Shown in pieces: positions 17,328 through 24,985 of a stretch of 29,011 nt of DNA. The notes beneath the pieces were generated by a model that saw only the letters and a program-made list of their open reading frames with translations, was not told the DNA's origin and made no database searches. Every line of letters begins with the position of its first letter. Position 1 is the stretch's first letter. This DNA is from Candidatus Methylomirabilia bacterium (GTDB lineage: Bacteria > Methylomirabilota > Methylomirabilia > Rokubacteriales > CSP1-6): positions 1-29,011 of the forward strand of contig JBGQEL010000048.1 in assembly GCA_041496385.1 (NCBI GenBank), written 5' to 3'. The translations under genes and the position numbers were made by a program.

Positions 17328-18923
17328 TCAGAACTTCACCGGCTCCTTGTGCTCGCCGAAGACGTCCTTCATGGCGCGGGCGATCTCGCCGAGCGTCGCG
17401 TAGGCCTTCACCGCCTCCACGATCGGGACCATCAAATTCGTCGTGCCGCGGGCCTCGTCCGAGAGCCGGCGCAGCGCTGCGCGGGCCGCCCGGTCGTCGC
17501 GCTCGCGGTGGATCTTCGCGAGCCGCGCCGTCTGCGCCTCGACCACCTTCGGGTCGAACGCGTAGACCTCCACGTCGCGGTCGGCCGCGGCCGGCGCGTC
17601 GCCGACGTGGCAGTTCGCGGCGACCTTCGGGATCTCGCCCGAGACGAGCTTCAGCTCGAAGAGGTACGCCTGCCGCGCGACCTCGGCCTGGAGCGCCCCG
17701 GTCTTCACGGCCTCGACGATCCCCCCCATGCGCTCCACGTGCGCCAGCTCGGCCTGGATGGCCTTCTCCATCTCGTTCGTGAGCGCCTCGACGTAGTAGG
17801 AGCCGGCGAGCGGATCGACCGTGTCGGCCGCGCCCGATTCCTCGGCGCAGATCTGCATCGTGCGGAGCGCGAGGAGCTGGGCCTTCGCCGACGGGATCGT
17901 GTACGCCTCGTCGTACGTGGGCAGCGCGATCGTCTGCGCGCCCGAGAGCGCCGCGGCCAGCGCGATGTAGGCGCCGCGGACGATGTTGTTCTCGGGCTCC
18001 TGGACGACGAACGCCGAGCCGCCGCCGCCGATCAGGCTCCGGAACATCCAGGATTTCGGATTCCGGGCGCCGAAGCGCTCGCGCATCATCCGCGCGTAGA
18101 GACGCCGGCCCGCGCGGAACTTGGCGACCTCCTCGAAGATCTTCCCCCACGCCGTGAAGTTGAAGGAGATGCGCGGCGCGAACTCGTCCACGCTCATCCC
18201 GCGCGCGAGCATCAGCTCGACGTAGGCGGCCGCGATGGCCAGGCCGTAGGCCATCTCCTGCGCGGTCGTGCAGCCGGCCTCGCGGATGTGGTAGCCGCAC
18301 ACCGAGACGGGGTTCGAGCGCGGGTAGTGCTTCGCCGAGTACTCGATGAGGTCGGCGACGAGCCGGAGCGAGGGCTCGACCGGATAGATCCAGGTGCCGC
18401 GCGCGACGAACTCCTTGAGGATGTCGTTCTGGGGCGTGGTGACGACGCGGTCGGCCCGGGCGCCCTGCTTCTCGGCGACGGCGTAGTACATCGCGGTGAT
18501 CGGCGCCGCCATCCCGTTGATCGTGAGCGAGACGCTCACGCGATCGAGCGGGATGCCGGCGAACGCGTCCTCCATGTCGGCGAGCGAGTCGATGGCCATC
18601 CCGACGCGGCCGACCTCGCCCTCGGCCCGCGGGTCGTCGGAGTCGAGGCCGAGCTGCGTCGGCAGGTCGAAGGCGACGTTGAGCGCGTCCTGCCCGTGCG
18701 CCATCAGGTACTTGAAGCGGGCGTTCGTCTCCACCGGCGTGCCGAAGCCGATGTACTGGCGCATCGTCCAGAGGCGCTCGCGGTACATGTGCGCGTGGAT
18801 GCCGCGCGTGAAGGGGAACTCGCCGGGCCGGCCGACGTCGCGCTCGAAGTCCACGCCGGCCACGTCCTCGGGCCCGTACACCGGCTTGATCGGAAAGCCC
18901 GCGTGCGCTCTCAGCTCTTTCAT
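17328..18923 (-). CDS. AdoCbl-dependent acyl-CoA mutase, substrate-binding large subunit (methylmalonyl-CoA mutase family, divergent)
   Basis: [86 protein letters not shown]. Confidence 0.93.
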   Translation of the reverse strand: MKELRAHAGFPIKPVYGPEDVAGVDFERDVGRPGEFPFTRGIHAHMYRERLWTMRQYIGFGTPVETNARFKYLMAHGQDALNVAFDLPTQLGLDSDDPRAEGEVGRVGMAIDSLADMEDAFAGIPLDRVSVSLTINGMAAPITAMYYAVAEKQGARADRVVTTPQNDILKEFVARGTWIYPVEPSLRLVADLIEYSAKHYPRSNPVSVCGYHIREAGCTTAQEMAYGLAIAAAYVELMLARGMSVDEFAPRISFNFTAWGKIFEEVAKFRAGRRLYARMMRERFGARNPKSWMFRSLIGGGGSAFVVQEPENNIVRGAYIALAAALSGAQTIALPTYDEAYTIPSAKAQLLALRTMQICAEESGAADTVDPLAGSYYVEALTNEMEKAIQAELAHVERMGGIVEAVKTGALQAEVARQAYLFELKLVSGEIPKVAANCHVGDAPAAADRDVEVYAFDPKVVEAQTARLAKIHRERDDRAARAALRRLSDEARGTTNLMVPIVEAVKAYATLGEIARAMKDVFGEHKEPVKF

Positions 18924-19306
18924 AGCGTCTCCTTCGGCCGCGTGAACGCGCCGACGATCTCGGGCAGCGGCGTCCCCATCGGAAAGATCCGGCTGACGCC
19001 GATCTTTCGTAGCTCGTCCACGTCGCGCGGCGGGATGGTCCCGCCGACGATGACCTTGACGTCGCCGGCGCCCAGGGCGCGGAGCCCGTCGACCACGCGG
19101 CGCGCGAGCAGCACGTGCGCGCCCGAGAGGATCGAGAGCCCCACGACGTCCACGTCCTCCTGGATCGCCTCCTGGACGATCTCCTCGGGCGTGCGCTTGA
19201 GGCCGGTGTAGACGACCTCCACGCCCGCGTCGCGCAGCGCGTGCGCCACGACCTTCGCGCCACGGTCGTGTCCGTCGAGCCCGGGCTTCGCGATCAGCAC
19301 TTTCAC
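18920..19306 (-). CDS. Cobalamin-binding small subunit of acyl-CoA mutase
   Basis: [12 protein letters not shown] (DxHxxG base-off motif), [16 protein letters not shown]. Confidence 0.95.
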   Translation of the reverse strand: MKVLIAKPGLDGHDRGAKVVAHALRDAGVEVVYTGLKRTPEEIVQEAIQEDVDVVGLSILSGAHVLLARRVVDGLRALGAGDVKVIVGGTIPPRDVDELRKIGVSRIFPMGTPLPEIVGAFTRPKETL

Positions 19307-19364
19307 TGTAACGGGGGCCGCGAGACCGGCTCGGACCGTGGGTGGCCTGTCTCAGGTGCGCTGT
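19303..19364 (-). repeat. Junction repeat, copy A (~62 bp)
   Basis: Minus strand ACAGCGCACCTGAGACAGGCCACCCACGGTCCGAGCCGGTCTCGCGGCCCCCGTTACAGTGA. 54/62 identical to copy B at 24917-24978 by manual alignment. Ends in the GTGA stop/start overlap. Confidence 0.9.
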
Positions 19365-19797
19365 TCCGCGAGGCCGGGGCGAAGGCCGGGAGCCAGCGCG
19401 CGGTGCCCTTGGGGTCGTCGGCCACGCGCAGCGGCGCCAGGATCACGCGCTGGCCGATCCGCACGGCCGCCGGATCGGCGCCGCTGAGGACGGTGAAGAT
19501 CCGGTGGCCGTCCACCTTCACGATCGCGAAGACGCGCGGGCCCTCGAAGCCCGCCGGGAGGCCGGTCTCCTGCACCGAGAACGCGTGGATCACGCCCTCG
19601 GCGGCCAGCTCGACCCACTCGAACGCGTCCGAGGCGCACTCGCCGCAGAAGCCGCGGGGCGGCCAGGCCGTGCGTCCGCAGCCGCCGCACCGGGTCGTCG
19701 CGAGCTTGCCCTGCGCGAGCCGCGCGTAGAACTCGTGGAGCTTGGTGTGCTCCGACGACTCGAGCGGGAACGGATCGACCGCGCGGAAGTAGGTCAT
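19303..19797 (-). CDS. Zn-ribbon/OB-fold (DUF35) protein, likely thiolase partner; C-terminus derived from repeat
   Basis: CGGC...PPRGFCGEC zinc ribbon followed by an OB-fold. The last ~20 aa (..[18 protein letters not shown]) are encoded by the junction repeat. Confidence 0.88.
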   Translation of the reverse strand: MTYFRAVDPFPLESSEHTKLHEFYARLAQGKLATTRCGGCGRTAWPPRGFCGECASDAFEWVELAAEGVIHAFSVQETGLPAGFEGPRVFAIVKVDGHRIFTVLSGADPAAVRIGQRVILAPLRVADDPKGTARWLPAFAPASRNSAPETGHPRSEPVSRPPLQ

Positions 19798-19811
19798 GCC
19801 GCGGCGCTCAT
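19794..19811 (-). other. Possible 5-codon relay mini-ORF (MSAAA*)
   Basis: ATG AGC GCC GCG GCA TGA. Its ATG overlaps the amidohydrolase stop and its TGA overlaps the OB-fold ATG (ATGA at both ends). Confidence 0.45.
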
Positions 19812-21169
19812 GCGATCACCGGCCACTTCGACTCGACGGACAGGCCGGCGCGCGCGATCTGCTCGCGCGCGAGAATCTCGACGCGCTCGTAGAGGGCGCG
19901 CTCGTCGATCGTCGTGAACCGGCCCTCGTCCAGGACGATCCGCCCGTCGATCATGACCGTGCGGACGCTCGCGCCGGTCGCCGCGTAGACCAGGTTGTTC
20001 ACCGGGTTCAGGAGCGGCCGCCATTCCGGCGTGTCGAGGTCGTAGACGACCAGATCCGCGCGCTTGCCGGGCTCGAGCGAGCCGATCTCGCGCTCGAGCA
20101 GGAGCGACTCGGCGCCCCGGATCGTCGCCATCTCGAGCACGCGCTCGGGCGGCATCACGCCGACGTCCAGCCGCGCGTCCTTGTAGATGGTCGCCGCCAG
20201 GTACATGAGCCGCAGCATGTCGAAGTGATTCGAGCCGTTGCCGCTGTCGCCGCCGAGCGAGACGCAGACGCCGGCGTCGAGCATCTCCGGGAAGCGTCCG
20301 TGGACGGCGAGGCCCTTCGTGTGCTTGAGCCCGGCCGTCGGGCAGTGGGCGACCTTCACGCCGCGCGCGGCGAGCAGGCGGATGTCGGCGTCGTCGACGT
20401 AGACCATGTGGGCGAGCTTGGCGTTCGGCGCCAGCGCGCCGAGCGCGTCGAGCTCGGCGAGCGGCATCGTGTCCCGCGTCTTGCGGGCGGGATGCGAGGC
20501 GAAGTGCATCATCCCCCACCCGACGTGATACCGGTCGGCGAGTGCCTTCGCACCGCGGATCAGCGCGGGCGAGCACGTGCCGAAGCCGAGGAGCAGCGGC
20601 CAGGCGGCGATCCGCCCGCCGGCGCGGTCGTGCAGGGCGTCGAGCATGGCCTCGCAGGCGGCGAGCGCCCCCGCCGTCGTCTGCTTCATCCGGCCGGGGC
20701 CGCCGGCGAGGTCCCACGTCCAGCGGCCGAGGATCGCGCGCATCCCGATCTGCTCGACGCCGTCCGCGACCGCGGCGACGTCGAAGAGCGTGCCGGCCTC
20801 GCAGAAGGTCGTCGTGCCCGTGCGGATCATCTCGACGCAGGCGAGCAGCGCGGAGGCACGCTCCTCCTCGGGCGTCATCACCGAGTAGAGCGGGATGAGC
20901 CAGTCGGGCAGATACCGGTCCACGGGGATGTCGTCGAGCAGGAGGCCGCGGTTCAGGTGCTCGGAGAGGTGGACGTGCGTGTCCACGAACCCCGGCAGGA
21001 CGAGGCGCCGGCGCCCGTCGATCACGCGCGCCGGCGGCCGCGGGGGCCGGACCTCGGCCGCCGGCCCGACCTGGACGATGTCGCGGCCGTCCACGAGCAC
21101 CGAGCCGTCGCGCAGGATGCGGCGCTCGCGGTCCACGGTGACGACGGTCGCGTGCTCGATGAGGATCAT
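19808..21169 (-). CDS. Metal-dependent amidohydrolase (MTA/SAH-deaminase/TRZ-ATZ-like subfamily, divergent)
   Basis: From ATG at 21169 (MILIEHATVVTVD). LPGFVDTHVH, EMIRTGTT, MHFASH, LAHMV, AHCP, LGGDS, EMATIRGA, GSLEPGKRAD. Confidence 0.92.
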   Translation of the reverse strand: MILIEHATVVTVDRERRILRDGSVLVDGRDIVQVGPAAEVRPPRPPARVIDGRRRLVLPGFVDTHVHLSEHLNRGLLLDDIPVDRYLPDWLIPLYSVMTPEEERASALLACVEMIRTGTTTFCEAGTLFDVAAVADGVEQIGMRAILGRWTWDLAGGPGRMKQTTAGALAACEAMLDALHDRAGGRIAAWPLLLGFGTCSPALIRGAKALADRYHVGWGMMHFASHPARKTRDTMPLAELDALGALAPNAKLAHMVYVDDADIRLLAARGVKVAHCPTAGLKHTKGLAVHGRFPEMLDAGVCVSLGGDSGNGSNHFDMLRLMYLAATIYKDARLDVGVMPPERVLEMATIRGAESLLLEREIGSLEPGKRADLVVYDLDTPEWRPLLNPVNNLVYAATGASVRTVMIDGRIVLDEGRFTTIDERALYERVEILAREQIARAGLSVESKWPVIA

Positions 21170-22131
21170 GCGCGCGCCTGTTTGGCCTGGCGGAGCAGCG
21201 CGCGGACTTTTTCGCGCTCGAAGCGGTCGCGCTTGTCGCCCGAGTAGTCGTAGAAGCCGCGCCCGGTCTTCGGGCCGAGCTCGTTCCGCGCCATCTTCTC
21301 CTCGACGAGCCGTGGCGGCTTGAAGCGATCGTCGCCGAGCGCGTCGGCCAGGAACCCGCTCGCGCGGTGCAGGACGTCCACGCCGCCCCAGTCGATGAAC
21401 TCGAAGATGCCGATCTGGGCGTAGCGGAAGCCCATGCCCGCGCGGAATGCGCGGTCCACGTCCTCGGGCGTCGCCACGCCCTCCTCGACCAGCCGGACCG
21501 CCTCGTTCATGAGCAGCGCCTGCATGCGCGGGCCGATGAAGCCGGGCGAGTCGCCGCAGCGCACCGGCACCTTGCCGAGCGCGCCCAAAATGGCCAGCGT
21601 GCGCGCGACGACGTCCTCCGACGTGCGCGCGCTCGGCACGACCTCCACCAGCGGAATGATGTGCGCCGGGTTCAGCCAGTGCGCGACCAGGAAGCGCTCC
21701 GGCCGCTCGACCGTATCCACGAGATGAGCGGGCGAGATCGTCGAGCTGGTCGAGGCGAGGATGGCCCCGGGTGCCAAGCGGCCCGCGAGCCGGCGAAACA
21801 CGTCGCGCTTGAGCTCGAGCAGCTCCGGCAGCGCCTCCTGCACCAGGCCGCACTCGTGGAGCTCGTCGAGCCCGGCGCGGTCCTCGATGCGCGCGAGCGC
21901 GGGCGCGACCTCGCCCGGCGCGATCACGCCCTCCTCGGCCATGAGCGCCAGGTCGCGCGCGATCTCGCGCCGCGCGTCGGCGAAGACCGCCGCGCGCTCG
22001 CCGGCCACGCGCTCCTTGAGATCGACGAGCCACGCGCGGTGGCCGCCGAGGGCGAAGGCGAGCGCGATCTGGCGTCCGATGCGCCCGGGGCCGAGGACCG
22101 CGACCGTTTCCTTCACGGGAGCGGCAGTCAC
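21166..22131 (-). CDS. 3-hydroxyacyl-CoA dehydrogenase family protein
   Basis: From GTG at 22131. VAVLGPGRIG, EALPELLELK, ASTSST, AHWLNPAHIIPLVEV, GKVPV, PGFIGPR, GPKTGRGFYDY. Confidence 0.92.
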   Translation of the reverse strand: MTAAPVKETVAVLGPGRIGRQIALAFALGGHRAWLVDLKERVAGERAAVFADARREIARDLALMAEEGVIAPGEVAPALARIEDRAGLDELHECGLVQEALPELLELKRDVFRRLAGRLAPGAILASTSSTISPAHLVDTVERPERFLVAHWLNPAHIIPLVEVVPSARTSEDVVARTLAILGALGKVPVRCGDSPGFIGPRMQALLMNEAVRLVEEGVATPEDVDRAFRAGMGFRYAQIGIFEFIDWGGVDVLHRASGFLADALGDDRFKPPRLVEEKMARNELGPKTGRGFYDYSGDKRDRFEREKVRALLRQAKQARA

Positions 22132-23297
22132 GCGGGCTCGCTCCCGTAGATCATGACCACGTGCTCGCCCATGCCGCTGTTGTTGTGGGTGAGGCCGATC
22201 GCGCTCTCCGCCACCTGCCGGGCGCCCGCCTCCCCGCGGAGCTGGACGAAGACCTCCGCGGCCTGCGCCACGCCCGTCGCGCCGAGCGGATGGCCGCACC
22301 CGATCAGGCCGCCGCGCGGGTTCACGACGACGTCGCCCCCGTAGTCGCTCTTCCCGTCGGCGACGAACGGGCCCGCCTCGCCCTTGTGGCAGAAGCCCAG
22401 CTCCTCGTAGGCGATCATCTCGGCGATCGAGAAGCAATCGTGGACCTCGGCCAGGTCCACCTCGTGCGGCCCGACGCCGGCCATGCTGTAGGCGGCCTGC
22501 GCCGCGCGCTTGAGGGCGGGCCAGGACGCGTAGTCCTCGTGGAGCGACGTGAGCTGGAACCCGTCGAGCGCCTGGCCGGTGCCGCGGATCCAGACGGGCT
22601 TCTTGGTGAGCTGTCGCGCCCGCTCCTCCGACGCGAGGACGACCGCCGCGGCGCCGTCGGTGATCGGCGAGCACATGAACAGGCGGAGCGGGGTCGAGAT
22701 CATCCGCGAGCCGAGGACCTGCTCGAGCGTCGCGCCCTTGTTGAAGTGCGCGTTCGGATTCTTGGTGGCGTGGCCGTGGTTCTTCACGCCGACCAGCGCG
22801 AGCTGCTCCTCGGTCGTCCCGTACTCGGCCATGTGCCGCTGCGCGGCGAGCGCGAAGCAGGGCGGCGCGGTGAGGCCGAACGCGGCCTCCCACTCGCGAT
22901 CCACGCCCGTGCCCATGTTGAGGATGGCCTCGTCGGCCGTCGGCTGGTTGAGCTTCTCGACGCCGAGCACCATCACGAGGTCGGCGAGCCCCGCGGCGAT
23001 GAACGCGTAGGCGTAGCGGATCCCGACGGTGCCCGAGGCGCACATGTGCTCGGTGCGCGCGCTCAGCACGCTCGGCTTGATGCCGAGCGCCTCGGCCGCC
23101 ATGGACGAGATGTGCGACTGGAACGCCGTCCGCTCGGGCATCACGGAGCCGACGACGAGCCCCTCGACGTCCTTCGGCTTGACTCCGGGCACCGAGTCGA
23201 AGCAGGTCTTGCCGGCCTCCCAGATGAGGTCGCGGTAGGTCGCCTTCCGCACGCCGAACTTGCTCACGCCCGCCCCGACCAGCGCGACTCGTCTCAT
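22128..23297 (-). CDS. SCP2/archaeal-type thiolase family protein
   Basis: EHMCASG (nucleophile Cys), NPNAHF, CSPITDGAAA, AEVHDCF, NPRGGLIGCGHPLGATG, HNNSG. Confidence 0.93.
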   Translation of the reverse strand: MRRVALVGAGVSKFGVRKATYRDLIWEAGKTCFDSVPGVKPKDVEGLVVGSVMPERTAFQSHISSMAAEALGIKPSVLSARTEHMCASGTVGIRYAYAFIAAGLADLVMVLGVEKLNQPTADEAILNMGTGVDREWEAAFGLTAPPCFALAAQRHMAEYGTTEEQLALVGVKNHGHATKNPNAHFNKGATLEQVLGSRMISTPLRLFMCSPITDGAAAVVLASEERARQLTKKPVWIRGTGQALDGFQLTSLHEDYASWPALKRAAQAAYSMAGVGPHEVDLAEVHDCFSIAEMIAYEELGFCHKGEAGPFVADGKSDYGGDVVVNPRGGLIGCGHPLGATGVAQAAEVFVQLRGEAGARQVAESAIGLTHNNSGMGEHVVMIYGSEPA

Positions 23298-23749
23298 CGC
23301 CGTCTCCGCATCATCAGCACGCTGGTCTCATAGGTGCAGACGGCCTCGCCCCGCTGGTTCTTGACGGCCACGTCGAACGTCACGACGCCGCGCTCGGCCT
23401 TCGACGACTCCCGGCACTCCTTCACCGTCATCTCGGTGTGCACCGTGTCGCCGAACTTCACCGGCGCCGTGAAGCGGACCCGGTCCAGGCCGAGCAGCGC
23501 GAACGTCGTCCCCTCGAACCAGCCGCCCAGGTTCTGCTGTCCGTTCGAGATCGCGAGCGTGAGGATGCCGTGGGCGACGCGCGCGCCGAACGGCGTGGTC
23601 TTCGCGAACTCCTCGTCCGTGTGGAGCGGGTTGAAGTCGCCCGAGAGCCCGGCGAAGCGTGAGACGTCGCCGCCGTCCACGGTCCGCCGCCCCGTCACGA
23701 GCACCTCGCCCACCTTGAAGTCTTCCCAGTAGCGTCCCCTGGCTGGCAT
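23294..23749 (-). CDS. MaoC-like (R)-specific enoyl-CoA hydratase/dehydratase
   Basis: YWEDF, FAGLSGDFNPLHTD (D-x4-H dyad), FGARVAHG, RFTAPVKFGDT. ATG at 23749 preceded by AGGGGGA; alternative TTG at 23752. Confidence 0.92.
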   Translation of the reverse strand: MPARGRYWEDFKVGEVLVTGRRTVDGGDVSRFAGLSGDFNPLHTDEEFAKTTPFGARVAHGILTLAISNGQQNLGGWFEGTTFALLGLDRVRFTAPVKFGDTVHTEMTVKECRESSKAERGVVTFDVAVKNQRGEAVCTYETSVLMMRRRR

Positions 23750-23759
23750 CAATCCCCCC

Positions 23760-24920
23760 TCATGAGAAGGCCTGGCCCCGGTCCCAGTCGAGGTCGCGCC
23801 CGATCACCAGCCTCAATATCTCCGAGGTCCCGCCCCCGGGCAGCAGGAAGCGCGCGTCCCGGAAGTAGCGCTGGACCGGATACTCCGAGGCGAGGCCGTA
23901 GGAGGCGAAGACGCGCGACGCCTCGTCGGTGAGGCGCACGGCCATCTCGGACGCGAAGAGCTTCGCCATCGCGGCCTCGCGCGTGATCGCGAGCCCCGCG
24001 TCGAGCCGCGCCGCCGCCTGGTAGGTCACGAGCGCCGCCGCGTGGAGCTGCGTGAGCATGTCGGCCAGCCGGAAGCCGATCGCCTGGTGCTCCACGATGG
24101 GCTTGCCGAAGGCCTGGCGCTCGCGCGCGTAGGCGAGCGCCGCCTGGTACGCGGCGCGCGCCAGCCCGACCGAGATGGCGGCGGTCATGACGCGGATCTC
24201 CGAGAGGATCCCGCCGATCTTCTCGACTCCGCCCCCCTCGCCGCCGAGCAGGTGCTCGGCCGGCACCTCGACGTCCTCGAGCAGGACCTCGCCGGTCACC
24301 GACGCCCGGACGGACATCTTCTCGATCGATTTCCCGAGCGTGATGCCCCGCATCGACGCGCGGTCGAGGAGGAAGAGCGCGATGTTCTTCATGCCGCGCT
24401 CGCCCGAGGTCTTCGCGGCGACGGTGAGGACGTCGGCGACGGGCGCGCTGGTGACCCAGGTCTTCCCGCCGCGCAGGATCCAGTGGTCGCCGCGCCGCTC
24501 GGCGCGCGTCGTGATGCCGGCGACGTCGGACCCGGCGTTCGGCTCGGTGAGCGCGAAGGTGGCGACCAGGTCGCCGCGGAGCGCCGGCACGAGGTACTTC
24601 TGCCGCAGCGCCTCGGAGCCGTACTTGAAGATGAAGTGCGTGCCCATGAGGCTCTGCATGCAGGCCGCGGCGGCCAGCGACATGGAGCCGCGCGCCAGCT
24701 CCTCGGCGAACAGGCAGTAGCTCGTCATGTCCGCGTCGGCGCCACCGTACGCCTCCGGGTAGCGGAGCCCCAGGTAGCCCAGCTCGCCGACGCGCTTGAA
24801 GAGCTTCGCCGGGAACTCCGCGCGCTCGTCGATCGCCTGCGCCTGGGGAACGACCTCGGCGTCCACGAACCGCGCGACGGCGCGACGGAATTCTTCTTGC
24901 TCTGCGGTGAAGCGGATCAT
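23760..24920 (-). CDS. Acyl-CoA dehydrogenase family protein lacking Glu at both canonical catalytic positions
   Basis: From ATG at 24920 (MIRFTAEQEEFRR). PEAYGG, ALTEPNAGSD, GGKTWVT, RQAFGKPI, AMAKLFASE, RYFRDARFLLPGGGTSEI. Confidence 0.93.
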   Translation of the reverse strand: MIRFTAEQEEFRRAVARFVDAEVVPQAQAIDERAEFPAKLFKRVGELGYLGLRYPEAYGGADADMTSYCLFAEELARGSMSLAAAACMQSLMGTHFIFKYGSEALRQKYLVPALRGDLVATFALTEPNAGSDVAGITTRAERRGDHWILRGGKTWVTSAPVADVLTVAAKTSGERGMKNIALFLLDRASMRGITLGKSIEKMSVRASVTGEVLLEDVEVPAEHLLGGEGGGVEKIGGILSEIRVMTAAISVGLARAAYQAALAYARERQAFGKPIVEHQAIGFRLADMLTQLHAAALVTYQAAARLDAGLAITREAAMAKLFASEMAVRLTDEASRVFASYGLASEYPVQRYFRDARFLLPGGGTSEILRLVIGRDLDWDRGQAFS

Positions 24921-24985
24921 TGTAGCGGGGGCCGCGAGGCCGGCTTGGACCGTGGGTGGCCCGCCGCAGGTGCGATGTGGGTCAT
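24917..24985 (-). repeat. Junction repeat, copy B (65 bp unit flanked by ATGA; reads as mini-ORF MTHIAPAAGHPRSKPASRPPLQ*)
   Basis: ATGA at 24982-24985 and 24917-24920. In tandem with copy C (period 65 bp; 36 bp identical). Confidence 0.9.

Noticed and set aside
15055..19263. 1402 aa ORF suggesting a giant Mo-enzyme fusion
   Set aside because: The N-terminal ~650 aa are low-complexity Arg/Gly/Ala off-frame shadow of the mutase genes. Recognisable protein starts at MGGPFDVIG (17325).
17328..19306. Housekeeping methylmalonyl-CoA mutase gene symbols (mutA/mcmA)
   Set aside because: Several conserved active-site segments are replaced and the context is a specialised catabolic cluster.
23750..23763. 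Another ATGA at the ACAD stop that might start a relay ORF
   Set aside because: That frame does not stop at the MaoC start, and MaoC has its own RBS-like AGGGGGA.
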